Shown here: positions 7,422-14,264 of the stretch, piece by piece
Layout: each line of letters begins with the position of its first letter
Position numbering within the stretch: the first letter of the stretch is position 1
Origin: a virus
Lineage: Duplodnaviria; Heunggongvirae; Uroviricota; Caudoviricetes
DNA length: 15,578 nucleotides
Strand: one strand, 5' to 3'
Virus record (IMG/VR): IMGVR_UViG_2534682222_000014
Coordinates: 1-15,578 of that record
Made by a program: the position numbers and the translations under genes
Notes under the pieces: generated by a model
Database searches by the model: none
Told to the model about the DNA's origin: nothing
The model's input: only the letters and a program-made list of their open reading frames with translations

Positions 7422-7625
7422 TTACTGCTTGTGTTGAGAATTGTTAAGTTTGCTGTAGAGAGAAGCGTCGTATTTCAACTTCCCGTTCGTAATTCTTTCA
7501 ATGTAAAGAGCCTGTTTTTCTGGGATTACTTCACCCCATTGACATACGGCACTGTGAGTTACCCCTAAGGCAACTGCGGTTTTAGAAATGCCGCCGTAGT
7601 AGTCGACGACTGTCCCTTTATGCAT
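7422..7625 (-). CDS. cro: Cro-like repressor (P22 Cro type)
   Basis: 67 aa, ATG preceded by AGAGGA. HTH segment ISKTAVALGVTHSAVCQWGEVIPEK closely resembles P22-type Cro. Divergent from the cI-like gene across a 100-bp operator region. Confidence 0.7.
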   Translation of the reverse strand: MHKGTVVDYYGGISKTAVALGVTHSAVCQWGEVIPEKQALYIERITNGKLKYDASLYSKLNNSQHKQ

Positions 7626-7725
7626 GGTTTGAATCCTCTTTAGTTAGCATTCTTACATCGTATATGGACAGCATACTTACGTCAATAAAATGTAAGATTG
7701 CTAACGTACATTCCGAGGAGATTTT
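7626..7725. promoter_or_regulatory. Divergent oR-like operator/promoter region (pR for cro, pRM for cI)
   Basis: Minus strand: TTGACG -35 (plus 7685-7680) with TATACG/TACGAT -10 candidates upstream of cro. Plus strand: TGGACA (7665-7670) and TAAAAT (7686-7691) upstream of cI. Half-site CTTAC/GTAAG at 7652-7656, 7676-7680 and 7692-7696; 9-mer ATGTAAGAT at 7690-7698. Confidence 0.5.
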
Positions 7726-8358
7726 ATGGATACCGTTGGCAGCAGACTGAGATTTAGAAGAAAGCAGAAAAAACTTACCCAGCGCGATGTGGCTGAGTGG
7801 GCAGGAGTAAGCGCGTCTGCTGTGACCCAGTGGGAAAGTGATTTAACAAAACTTTCTGGTGAGAACTTGATATTGGTGTGTAAATGCCTTCAGTGCTCGC
7901 CAGAATGGTTGGTTTTTGGTTCAGGCGATATCGAAAATGGCATTAACATCAACTTGATGTCTGCCAGAGAGGTCCCTCTCATATCATGGGTGCAAGCTGG
8001 TAATTGGACGGAAGTAATTGGAAATCCTAATAATGAACAAGTGAAAACCACTCGAAAACTTTCTGATTCCGCCTTTGCTTTGAGGGTTAAGGGAGATTCA
8101 ATGACTTCTAGCCAGGAGTTGAGTATTCCTGAAGGTTCTATTGTTATTGTTGAACCAGAGTTCGGCTTCGTGGATGAGGCAAACGGTAAAATTGTCGTTG
8201 CTCAAACGGTATCTGGTGGTGAGGCAACTTTAAAAAAGCTGGCGATAGACCCACCGTTTTCGTACCTAATCCCACTGAATCCTGCGTTTAAACCCATTGA
8301 GGTGAATCAAGAGACCAATCTAATTGGGATAGTTAAACAAATTATCATTGACCTTTAG
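7726..8358 (+). CDS. cI: cI-type prophage repressor (N-terminal XRE HTH, C-terminal LexA-like S24 peptidase)
   Basis: 210 aa, GAGGAG RBS. HTH (LTQRDVAEWAGVSASAVTQWE), Ala-Gly cleavage site (VQAGNW), Ser nucleophile in KGDSM and Lys in ATLKKL, typical of RecA-stimulated autocleaving repressors. Confidence 0.85.
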   Translation: MDTVGSRLRFRRKQKKLTQRDVAEWAGVSASAVTQWESDLTKLSGENLILVCKCLQCSPEWLVFGSGDIENGININLMSAREVPLISWVQAGNWTEVIGNPNNEQVKTTRKLSDSAFALRVKGDSMTSSQELSIPEGSIVIVEPEFGFVDEANGKIVVAQTVSGGEATLKKLAIDPPFSYLIPLNPAFKPIEVNQETNLIGIVKQIIIDL

Positions 8359-8374
8359 CCCCTCTGGTTCCTAC

Positions 8375-8402
8375 AAGCCCGCTGATCATGCGGGCTTTTT
8401 TA
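8375..8402 (+). terminator. Intrinsic terminator directly after the repressor gene
   Basis: AAGCCCGC-TGATCAT-GCGGGCTT hairpin followed by TTTTT, 17 bp after the cI stop. Not followed by a U-run on the opposite strand, so rightward only. Confidence 0.7.
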
Positions 8403-8414
8403 TGCCTGTGAAAA

Positions 8415-8469
8415 TATAGTAAGCAAACTTACAAAATAGACTTGACTGTAAATGTAAGATGTCTAATAT
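8415..8469 (+). promoter_or_regulatory. pL-like early-left promoter with operator sites
   Basis: TTGACT (8442-8447), 16-bp spacer, TAATAT (8464-8469). Near-palindromic 18-mer TAGTAAGCAAACTTACAA at 8415-8432, and ATGTAAGAT at 8452-8460 inside the spacer, identical to the 9-mer in the oR region. Confidence 0.5.
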
Positions 8470-8505
8470 TAAATCCATCAGCAACGAACATTGTGGGCAT
8501 CAGGA

Positions 8506-8709
8506 ATGAAGATAGAGTTGGTTGTTAACGGGAAAATTACTGCTGAGTGCAGTGATGAATCGGAGTTTCTGGCATTCAATGCTGCCGTTTTTAGCGCTCT
8601 ATCGGACATGCAACTTACCCTTCATTCCGAACGAAGGGCTCGTTCAAAATCTAAAATGGCGGCCTTCAATGAGAAGTTTTTTAAAACGGATCCCACGGGT
8701 CGCAATTAA
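8506..8709 (+). CDS. Hypothetical small protein (67 aa) downstream of the pL-like promoter
   Basis: ATG at 8506 (track ORF starts at TTG 8491). AGGA lies immediately next to the ATG, so translation signals are weak. Internal basic patch HSERRARSKSK but no N-terminal Arg-rich motif, so not called N. Overlaps a convergent ORF. Confidence 0.3.
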   Translation: MKIELVVNGKITAECSDESEFLAFNAAVFSALSDMQLTLHSERRARSKSKMAAFNEKFFKTDPTGRN

Positions 8710-8914
8710 GAGAATCAAGAAGCTTAATGGTTTGATAGGTGATGGCTTCCTGTTTAACAGTGTTTTCTGGGCTTGACAGTTGATCGCGCAATAATTGTAT
8801 TTGGTTATGCAGGTCATCTGATAGTGGGCCCTCATTAGCACATATTGCAGCTGAAATGGTCTTAATCGCAGCTTCAATAGCAGTGAGTCTTAACTCAATA
8901 ATATCGTTATTCAT
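8681..8914 (-). CDS. Hypothetical small acidic helical protein (77 aa), convergent with and overlapping the previous ORF
   Basis: ATG at 8914 (MNNDIIELRLTAIEAAIKTISAAICANEGPLSDDLHNQIQLLRDQL...), embedded in a longer track ORF. Weak RBS. AT-rich. 3' end overlaps the plus-strand ORF by 29 bp. Confidence 0.3.
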   Translation of the reverse strand: MNNDIIELRLTAIEAAIKTISAAICANEGPLSDDLHNQIQLLRDQLSSPENTVKQEAITYQTIKLLDSLNCDPWDPF

Positions 8915-9183
8915 AGGTTTATCTTCTTGGCTGTGTGAGAACTCCAAGAATACCACCGAGCCTGATGTGGTGAAAAGACAGGCATAGCCCAGACGATATC
9001 TGAGTGGCTTAAAAAACAGATGGGAACCGGTGGAATCCCGGTACACAACGAAAAGAGCGCTGGCATGCAAAAAATATCTCGCAGCCGTAGCAGTACCAAA
9101 AGCCAGGATGGAACGGCAGAAACGCGGTAGTGCTCTTTTTGATGTGGTAAACCCGTAGTAGCTGTACCAGATGCTGTGTGTAG

Positions 9184-9258
9184 TCTTGGCGGTACCAGGG
9201 TCTTCAACCTTATGCAAGGGGGACGAAGATAATGTTCTACCTCGGTACCGCCCTTTTT
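9184..9258 (+). ncRNA. Long hairpin with 3' T-run; candidate terminator or processed sRNA with DicF-like ends
   Basis: Perfect 9-bp stem GGCGGTACC (9188-9196) / GGTACCGCC (9244-9252) enclosing a 47-nt loop with internal pairings (CCTT-ATGC-AAGG, TCTTC/GAAGA), followed by TTTTT (9254-9258). The 5' arm TTGGCGGTACCAG and the 3' CCGCCCTTTTT resemble my recollection of E. coli DicF. Not verified. Confidence 0.25.
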
Positions 9259-9444
9259 ACACAACAGACAAGGGCATCACCGGGCGACGGGCTCATAACC
9301 CAATCCACCCGGGCAAAAAGAAAGCGGTCTCTCAAGCCGCCGACCAATGCAGGTGCCCTTCTCTGTTGTGTATGGAGAAAGTTCGGCGGTGGCAGCCGCC
9401 TTAACTTCGTGTATGGACTAAAACCTTGTGCAGAGGAAAGTTAA

Positions 9445-10362
9445 ATGAAATTACCTAAGTTCCGTAACGCAATCGTGTACCGCGCCACACTACCTAGCAT
9501 TGAAGCTATCGAGGGGCATCTGCTTGAACTCCCCTACTCCGAGATTGGTGAAACTGAGTTTTCACGCGCCTCTTTTGTGCCAAACACGATCACTGGCGAA
9601 TTGGTCACCCCAATATCAGGTGGGTATGCCATCGTGATCCGCCATGATCAGAAAATCATTCCCCAGCATGTTGTTTTGAAGGAAGCCGCAGCACGGATCC
9701 AAAGAATCGAAGATATGTCCGGGAGTAAAATCAAACGTATCGAACGATTAGCAATTATCGACAGCGTCCGCGTTGACCTGTGTAAACGGGCATTTGTTAA
9801 ATCAACGCTGATCCTTGCGTTGTACAGCACCAACGAAAAGCTATTAGTGGTCAATACGACCAATAAAAATATTGCCGGTATGGCTGTGGCTATGCTGGTG
9901 AAAGTTGTCGGTTCCGTTAAAACAGAAACAATCAACATTAGCGATATTAAGAACGGTTTAACTACGCGGTTGAAAAACTATATCAATGGCGTGGCCAATG
10001 CTTTTGAAGGGTTTACCGTCGGCAATTATATCCAGCTGTCCCGCCTTGCCGATCAAAATGAAGTTATTCGCTACTCAGCTGAACACGACTCAATTCAAAG
10101 CGAGCTAGTTGATAGCCTTAATAGCGGCTTTACCGCTGATAAAATGGAGCTAGCAGGATGCGGTGTATCGTTCATCCTCACCGAAAATTTCCATTTTTCG
10201 CGCATCAATACCCAAGCCCAAACATTCAACGATGAAGATGATAAAGCATTTCAATGGCGCCATCAGGCCGGGACGGATCTACTCCAATTCAGCAAAGTAG
10301 TAAACCTGATGTGTGATCTTCTTTCGTACAAAGAAGAACAGCCACAAAAACCCGCAGCCTAA
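9445..10362 (+). CDS. rdgC: RdgC-like recombination-associated protein
   Basis: 305 aa, GAGGAAA RBS. N-terminal FRNAIVYR and GYAIVIRHDQKIIPQHVVLKEAAARIQRIE align by eye with E. coli RdgC ([37 protein letters not shown]); length matches. Confidence 0.65.
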   Translation: MKLPKFRNAIVYRATLPSIEAIEGHLLELPYSEIGETEFSRASFVPNTITGELVTPISGGYAIVIRHDQKIIPQHVVLKEAAARIQRIEDMSGSKIKRIERLAIIDSVRVDLCKRAFVKSTLILALYSTNEKLLVVNTTNKNIAGMAVAMLVKVVGSVKTETINISDIKNGLTTRLKNYINGVANAFEGFTVGNYIQLSRLADQNEVIRYSAEHDSIQSELVDSLNSGFTADKMELAGCGVSFILTENFHFSRINTQAQTFNDEDDKAFQWRHQAGTDLLQFSKVVNLMCDLLSYKEEQPQKPAA

Positions 10363-10469
10363 TACCCCAGACCGTAATTAACCCATGTCATGGGTTGGGT
10401 TGCTGCACGCTAAATTTAGCAATTCATTAATTTAATAGCGCGGTGCAGCGCGCCAATATGGAGAAAACC

Positions 10470-11009
10470 ATGAGCTACATTCAGACATTATCCGGCAAAC
10501 ATTTTAATTACCTCGATATCCAACAGGACGATATCGTGATCGAGGATATTGCTACCGCGTTGTCTCATATCTGCCGTTTTGCAGGGCATCTTCCTGAGTT
10601 TTATAGCGTCGGCCAGCATAGCGTTTTAACCAGCCACCTCGTTCCGCAGGAGTTTGCATTAGAAGCACTGCTTCATGATGCTGCTGAAGCCTACCTGCAG
10701 GACATCCCATCCCCGCTTAAGCACCTGCTTCCGGATTACCAGGTGATCGAAGCTCGCGTGGATGCAGCCATTCGGCAGAAGTTCGGCCTACCGACGGAAC
10801 AACACCCAACTGTGAAATATGCCGATCTGGTGATGCTCGCCAGCGAACGCCGCGATTTTGAGGTTGACGAAGGTTCCGTGTGGCCATGCCTCGAGGGAGT
10901 TGTCCCAACGGATTTATTCATTATCAATCCAGTTCGTCCTGGCCAGTCATACGGCATGTTCATCAATCGCTTTAACGAATTGATGGAGCAGCGCCAATGC
11001 GCCGCATGA
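10470..11009 (+). CDS. HD-domain phosphohydrolase (YfbR-like 5'-deoxynucleotidase family)
   Basis: Start ATG at 10470 with GGAG 6 nt upstream (track ORF begins at GTG 10443). H...HD metal-binding signature (SVGQHSVLTSHL ... EALLHDAAEAY). 179 aa. Confidence 0.6.
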   Translation: MSYIQTLSGKHFNYLDIQQDDIVIEDIATALSHICRFAGHLPEFYSVGQHSVLTSHLVPQEFALEALLHDAAEAYLQDIPSPLKHLLPDYQVIEARVDAAIRQKFGLPTEQHPTVKYADLVMLASERRDFEVDEGSVWPCLEGVVPTDLFIINPVRPGQSYGMFINRFNELMEQRQCAA

Positions 11010-11173
11010 AGGTAAAAGAACTCGTAGCGGAGGCGTTTGCCTCCGTTGCTGAATTGCCACCAAAGCATGCACCGCTTATGCGCGAAGTCGCCACCAGACT
11101 AGAAGCTACGTTCGCAGCATTAAAAGAGTCTCTGGTGCAACTGGAACAGGAACGTAAAGGTAAAACGCCATGA
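11006..11173 (+). CDS. Hypothetical small protein (55 aa), translationally coupled
   Basis: Below the track threshold, found by hand. ATG 11006 overlaps the upstream stop as ATGA and its own TGA overlaps the next ATG as ATGA. Product MKVKELVAEAFASVAELPPKHAPLMREVATRLEATFAALKESLVQLEQERKGKTP. No separate RBS. Confidence 0.4.
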   Translation: MKVKELVAEAFASVAELPPKHAPLMREVATRLEATFAALKESLVQLEQERKGKTP

Positions 11174-11424
11174 CCGTATTTGAATATCTCCAGGCTCATC
11201 CAAATACCACCAGCGGTGAAATCGCCAAAGGCATGAACAAAACGACGCCAGCGGTCGCCGGAGCATTATCGCAACTCTATGGCACAGGCCGGATCGTGAA
11301 GTCTGGTGTTCGCAAGGGCATTCCAACATACCGTGTTAACGATATGCCGTTTGGGTGCAGTAACAGCCTAACCATGATGTTTAACCAGCTATTGAATAGC
11401 GCCAGACAGGGAGCAGCCCAATGA
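11170..11424 (+). CDS. Hypothetical small protein, possible winged-helix DNA-binding fold
   Basis: 84 aa; TSGEIAKGMNKTTPAVAGALSQLYGTGRIV resembles a winged-helix recognition segment. Start and stop both overlap neighbours as ATGA. Confidence 0.45.
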   Translation: MTVFEYLQAHPNTTSGEIAKGMNKTTPAVAGALSQLYGTGRIVKSGVRKGIPTYRVNDMPFGCSNSLTMMFNQLLNSARQGAAQ

Positions 11425-11978
11425 AAGCACTCAACAAACAGGCGTTGCGTGAAGCGGACAATGCCGCAAACATAGCTTCATGGGGTAAATGGGAGTCGTA
11501 TAAGCCACACAAAGGCGCGAGAGGATATGAAGTAAAAGTTGGTGCAAAGGCGGTAGCTCAACACTGCCTTAAAGTTGATTCGGCATTCATCGCCGCCGCC
11601 AACCCGCCCACCGTACTGGCGCTGCTGGATGAGCTGGAAGCCGCAGAGAAGCGCAATGCTGAATTACAGAGAGAGAATGCATATATCTGCAACCGACACA
11701 AAGAACTGGACCTGTTAATCGGGAAGAACATTCTGGTCATGCAAGCTGCGATTATCGAATGGCAGGCAACTGGTGACGCTAAGAACGGGCTGTCATGGAT
11801 TTATAACACGCTGTTTGGGCCTGGTGAATTGCCTGACGAATCTGAGAAAGATGCTCAGGCCTACTTTGACCGCAAATATGCACCGATTGACGAAGAGCTT
11901 ATGGCGCTTCACAAGTGGTTTTGGGAACAAAGTGAAGCCGAACGTGCCGCCGCTGGCATTGGCGTGAAGGGGGAATGA
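11421..11978 (+). CDS. Ead/Ea22-like phage protein
   Basis: 185 aa; FIAAANPPTVLALLDELEAAEKRNAELQ matches the conserved motif I recall for the Ead/Ea22-like family; typical location in a lambdoid early-left region. Confidence 0.5.
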   Translation: MKALNKQALREADNAANIASWGKWESYKPHKGARGYEVKVGAKAVAQHCLKVDSAFIAAANPPTVLALLDELEAAEKRNAELQRENAYICNRHKELDLLIGKNILVMQAAIIEWQATGDAKNGLSWIYNTLFGPGELPDESEKDAQAYFDRKYAPIDEELMALHKWFWEQSEAERAAAGIGVKGE

Positions 11979-11979
11979 G

Positions 11980-12357
11980 ATGGCACTGACGAAAAAACAG
12001 CGTGCAGAACTGCGCATGAAGTTTGGCGGTCGCTGTGCTTATTGCGGCTGTGAACTTGGCGATAAGTGGCATGCAGACCATGTAGAAGCGGTACGAAGAA
12101 ATATCAGCAACGGCTACGCAATGGACAGGCCAGAAAATGACACGGTCAGCAACATGGTTCCAGCATGCATTCCATGCAACTTGTTCAAAATGTGCAGCAC
12201 AGTAGAAGACTTTCGCAGCCGCATAGCCACTCAGGTTGATGTAACTCGCCGTGCGTCAAGAAGTTACCGCACAGCGGAATCATTTGGCCTGGTTAAACAG
12301 ACTAACGCACCAGTTGTGTTCTGGTTCGAGCGGTATCAAGAGGGGGATAACTTGTGA
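11980..12357 (+). CDS. HNH endonuclease
   Basis: 125 aa, AAGGGGG RBS. CAYCG...WHADHV...PACIPCN zinc-binding HNH signature. Confidence 0.75.
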   Translation: MALTKKQRAELRMKFGGRCAYCGCELGDKWHADHVEAVRRNISNGYAMDRPENDTVSNMVPACIPCNLFKMCSTVEDFRSRIATQVDVTRRASRSYRTAESFGLVKQTNAPVVFWFERYQEGDNL

Positions 12358-12572
12358 CCAAAATATTCCTGAAGAATTATCCGCGCCAAAGCCGTGTTAA
12401 AGAGGCTCTATTTTTCCTTCTCTTTCTTATTTTAATGATTCCAATATCACCGATAGTCCTCATCTGGTTAGCAGGAGAACAGGCAGAAAAGATAGCTGAG
12501 TGGTATAGCTCCATCGTATGGGGGCCATTTAACAAACTGCACAACAAATTAAATCCGTACAGGGAGGACTAA
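12354..12572 (+). CDS. Small single-pass membrane protein (72 aa), hypothetical
   Basis: GTG start overlapping the HNH stop as GTGA, with AGGGGGA 6 nt upstream. Central hydrophobic helix ALFFLLFLILMIPISPIVLIWLA. Confidence 0.5.
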   Translation: MTKIFLKNYPRQSRVKEALFFLLFLILMIPISPIVLIWLAGEQAEKIAEWYSSIVWGPFNKLHNKLNPYRED

Positions 12573-12575
12573 CCC

Positions 12576-13358
12576 ATGACAACTAACAACCACCCGGCGC
12601 ACGGTCCTGTATCACTCGATCGCCTGCACCAGATAAGCGAAATACTCAGCAAAGCAGCAGCGCAAAGTGACGGCGGTAATCTCGGCTACGCAATGGCTGA
12701 TGCTGTCAAGGTGATTGATGAAGTCCTGAATGCTGAGCCTGTGCTTTATGCCGCTGAGGAAACTCTGGCTTATGCAAAGATGGGTGATCTTCACCTTAAG
12801 TGCCTGTCTCAGCCAATGGGAGATGCGGTAATTCCGCTCTACACTGCCACGCCAGCGCAGGTAGTGCCGGAGAATTGCGTAACAGCAGAACACCGTCGCG
12901 TTATTGAAATGCTGCTCAATGTTTGCTGGGCCGCATTCGAACTCGCAGATGATAGCTGTCAGCAAGATGTTGATGGCGAAGAGTGCCACGTTGTTCCAGA
13001 CGACGCATTTCAGAAGCTAAGTGATGCGCTGGACGAAATAGAAAACACTATCCCGACAGAAGATGTCGACAGGCCAGACGTATTCCTTGCCTGGTCGGCA
13101 ATGCCAAGGGCAGCGCTGAAATCTATTCTCCAGGCTGGCAACTCTCCGGTAACTCCGGATGACGTACTCCGCATGGACTGGCTGGTATCTAAAACCGTTG
13201 ATGTTCGTGAGCCTATGGTTTACGGAAGCCATAGCATTTTCTGGTCGCAGACCATCACGGATGAAGATGACGATTATCACGCGACCAAATTACGTGAGCA
13301 AATCGATGCAGCTATGGCAGCTGAGCAGGCAGCAGCACCGCAGCAGGAGAATGTATAA
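12576..13358 (+). CDS. Hypothetical acidic phage protein (260 aa)
   Basis: ATG at 12576 with AGGGAGGA 8 nt upstream; long ORF with coding-like composition; no motif I can assign. Confidence 0.55.
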   Translation: MTTNNHPAHGPVSLDRLHQISEILSKAAAQSDGGNLGYAMADAVKVIDEVLNAEPVLYAAEETLAYAKMGDLHLKCLSQPMGDAVIPLYTATPAQVVPENCVTAEHRRVIEMLLNVCWAAFELADDSCQQDVDGEECHVVPDDAFQKLSDALDEIENTIPTEDVDRPDVFLAWSAMPRAALKSILQAGNSPVTPDDVLRMDWLVSKTVDVREPMVYGSHSIFWSQTITDEDDDYHATKLREQIDAAMAAEQAAAPQQENV

Positions 13359-13359
13359 C

Positions 13360-13929
13360 GTGAACAATTTAATGATCGACCTCGAATCCATGGGCAAAAA
13401 ACCAAATGCCCCTATCGTCTCCATAGGTGCCGTGTTCTTCGATCCGCAAAGCGGTGAACTGGGTCAGGAGTTTTACAGCGCCGTTAACCTTGAAAGCGCT
13501 ATGGAGCAGGGAGCGGTGCCGGACGGTGACACTATTCTGTGGTGGTTAAGACAAAGCTCAGAAGCACGATCAGCAATCTGTGTTGATGATGCGATGCCGA
13601 TATCATCTGCCCTATCTGAACTGAGCCATTTCATTAATCGGCATTCTGATAACCCTAAATATTTAAAAGTTTGGGGCAATGGAGCTACTTTCGACAACGT
13701 TATATTGCGCGGCGCATATGAGCGTGCCGGCCAGGTTTGCCCGTGGCAATTTTGGAATGATCACGACGTCAGAACCATCGTCACATTAGGCAGAGTTGTA
13801 GGTTTCGATCCTAAGCGTGATATGCCATTTGATGGGGTTGCACATAACGCACTGGCTGATGCCCGCCACCAGGCGAAATATGTTTCAGCGATTTGGCAGA
13901 AACTAATCCCAACCACCAGCAACAACTAA
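13360..13929 (+). CDS. DEDDh-type 3'-5' exonuclease (DnaQ-like fold)
   Basis: Motifs MIDLESMG (D-x-E), WGNGATFDNVIL (Asp) and HNALADARHQ (His, Asp). Start ambiguous: ATG 13351 (AGGAGA directly adjacent), GTG 13360 (about 10 nt spacing, chosen) or ATG 13372. Track ORF extends upstream to 13159 in the same frame, overlapping the previous gene. Confidence 0.65.
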   Translation: MNNLMIDLESMGKKPNAPIVSIGAVFFDPQSGELGQEFYSAVNLESAMEQGAVPDGDTILWWLRQSSEARSAICVDDAMPISSALSELSHFINRHSDNPKYLKVWGNGATFDNVILRGAYERAGQVCPWQFWNDHDVRTIVTLGRVVGFDPKRDMPFDGVAHNALADARHQAKYVSAIWQKLIPTTSNN

Positions 13930-13969
13930 AATTTTCCCCGGGTGCAGCCGGGATAATGGAGAAATAACT

Positions 13970-14206
13970 ATGAGCAATATTTTCCAGTTAGCTCCCAACG
14001 ATTGGGTTTGTGAAAGCGTTCTGATCGCGGTTACCGGGCTCAAACCCGGAACCATCACCCGTGCCAGAAAAGAATGCTGGATGATTGGGAGGGAGTATAT
14101 CCACGTATCGCCTGACGGAAATCCCAAACCTTCCAGTGAGTGCATGTATAACAGAAAGGCTGTAGATGCCTGGGTCGCTTCAATGAAAAGCAAGCAGCCA
14201 GGGTGA
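13970..14206 (+). CDS. xis: Excisionase-like protein
   Basis: 78 aa, GGAG 8 nt upstream, immediately upstream of int in the same orientation. Small basic protein resembling prophage excisionase-like proteins; assignment partly positional. Confidence 0.6.
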   Translation: MSNIFQLAPNDWVCESVLIAVTGLKPGTITRARKECWMIGREYIHVSPDGNPKPSSECMYNRKAVDAWVASMKSKQPG

Positions 14207-14264
14207 TTTGATGCCATGAAAAAGGTAAGCTCGTATCGCTCTTGGGCGTCTGGAGGTAACACCA

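Noticed and set aside
8506-8709. Calling the first ORF after the pL-like promoter an N-type antiterminator
   Set aside because: No N-terminal arginine-rich motif; only a short internal basic patch; no clear boxA/boxB nut site in the leader; weak RBS. Left as hypothetical.
8911-9444. ORFs 8911-9264 (minus), 9171-9404 and 9232-9444 (plus) in the region upstream of rdgC
   Set aside because: Pro/Arg/Cys-rich low-complexity translations with no ribosome-binding sites, overlapping a structured hairpin; more consistent with non-coding sequence. Kept as a region-level finding instead.
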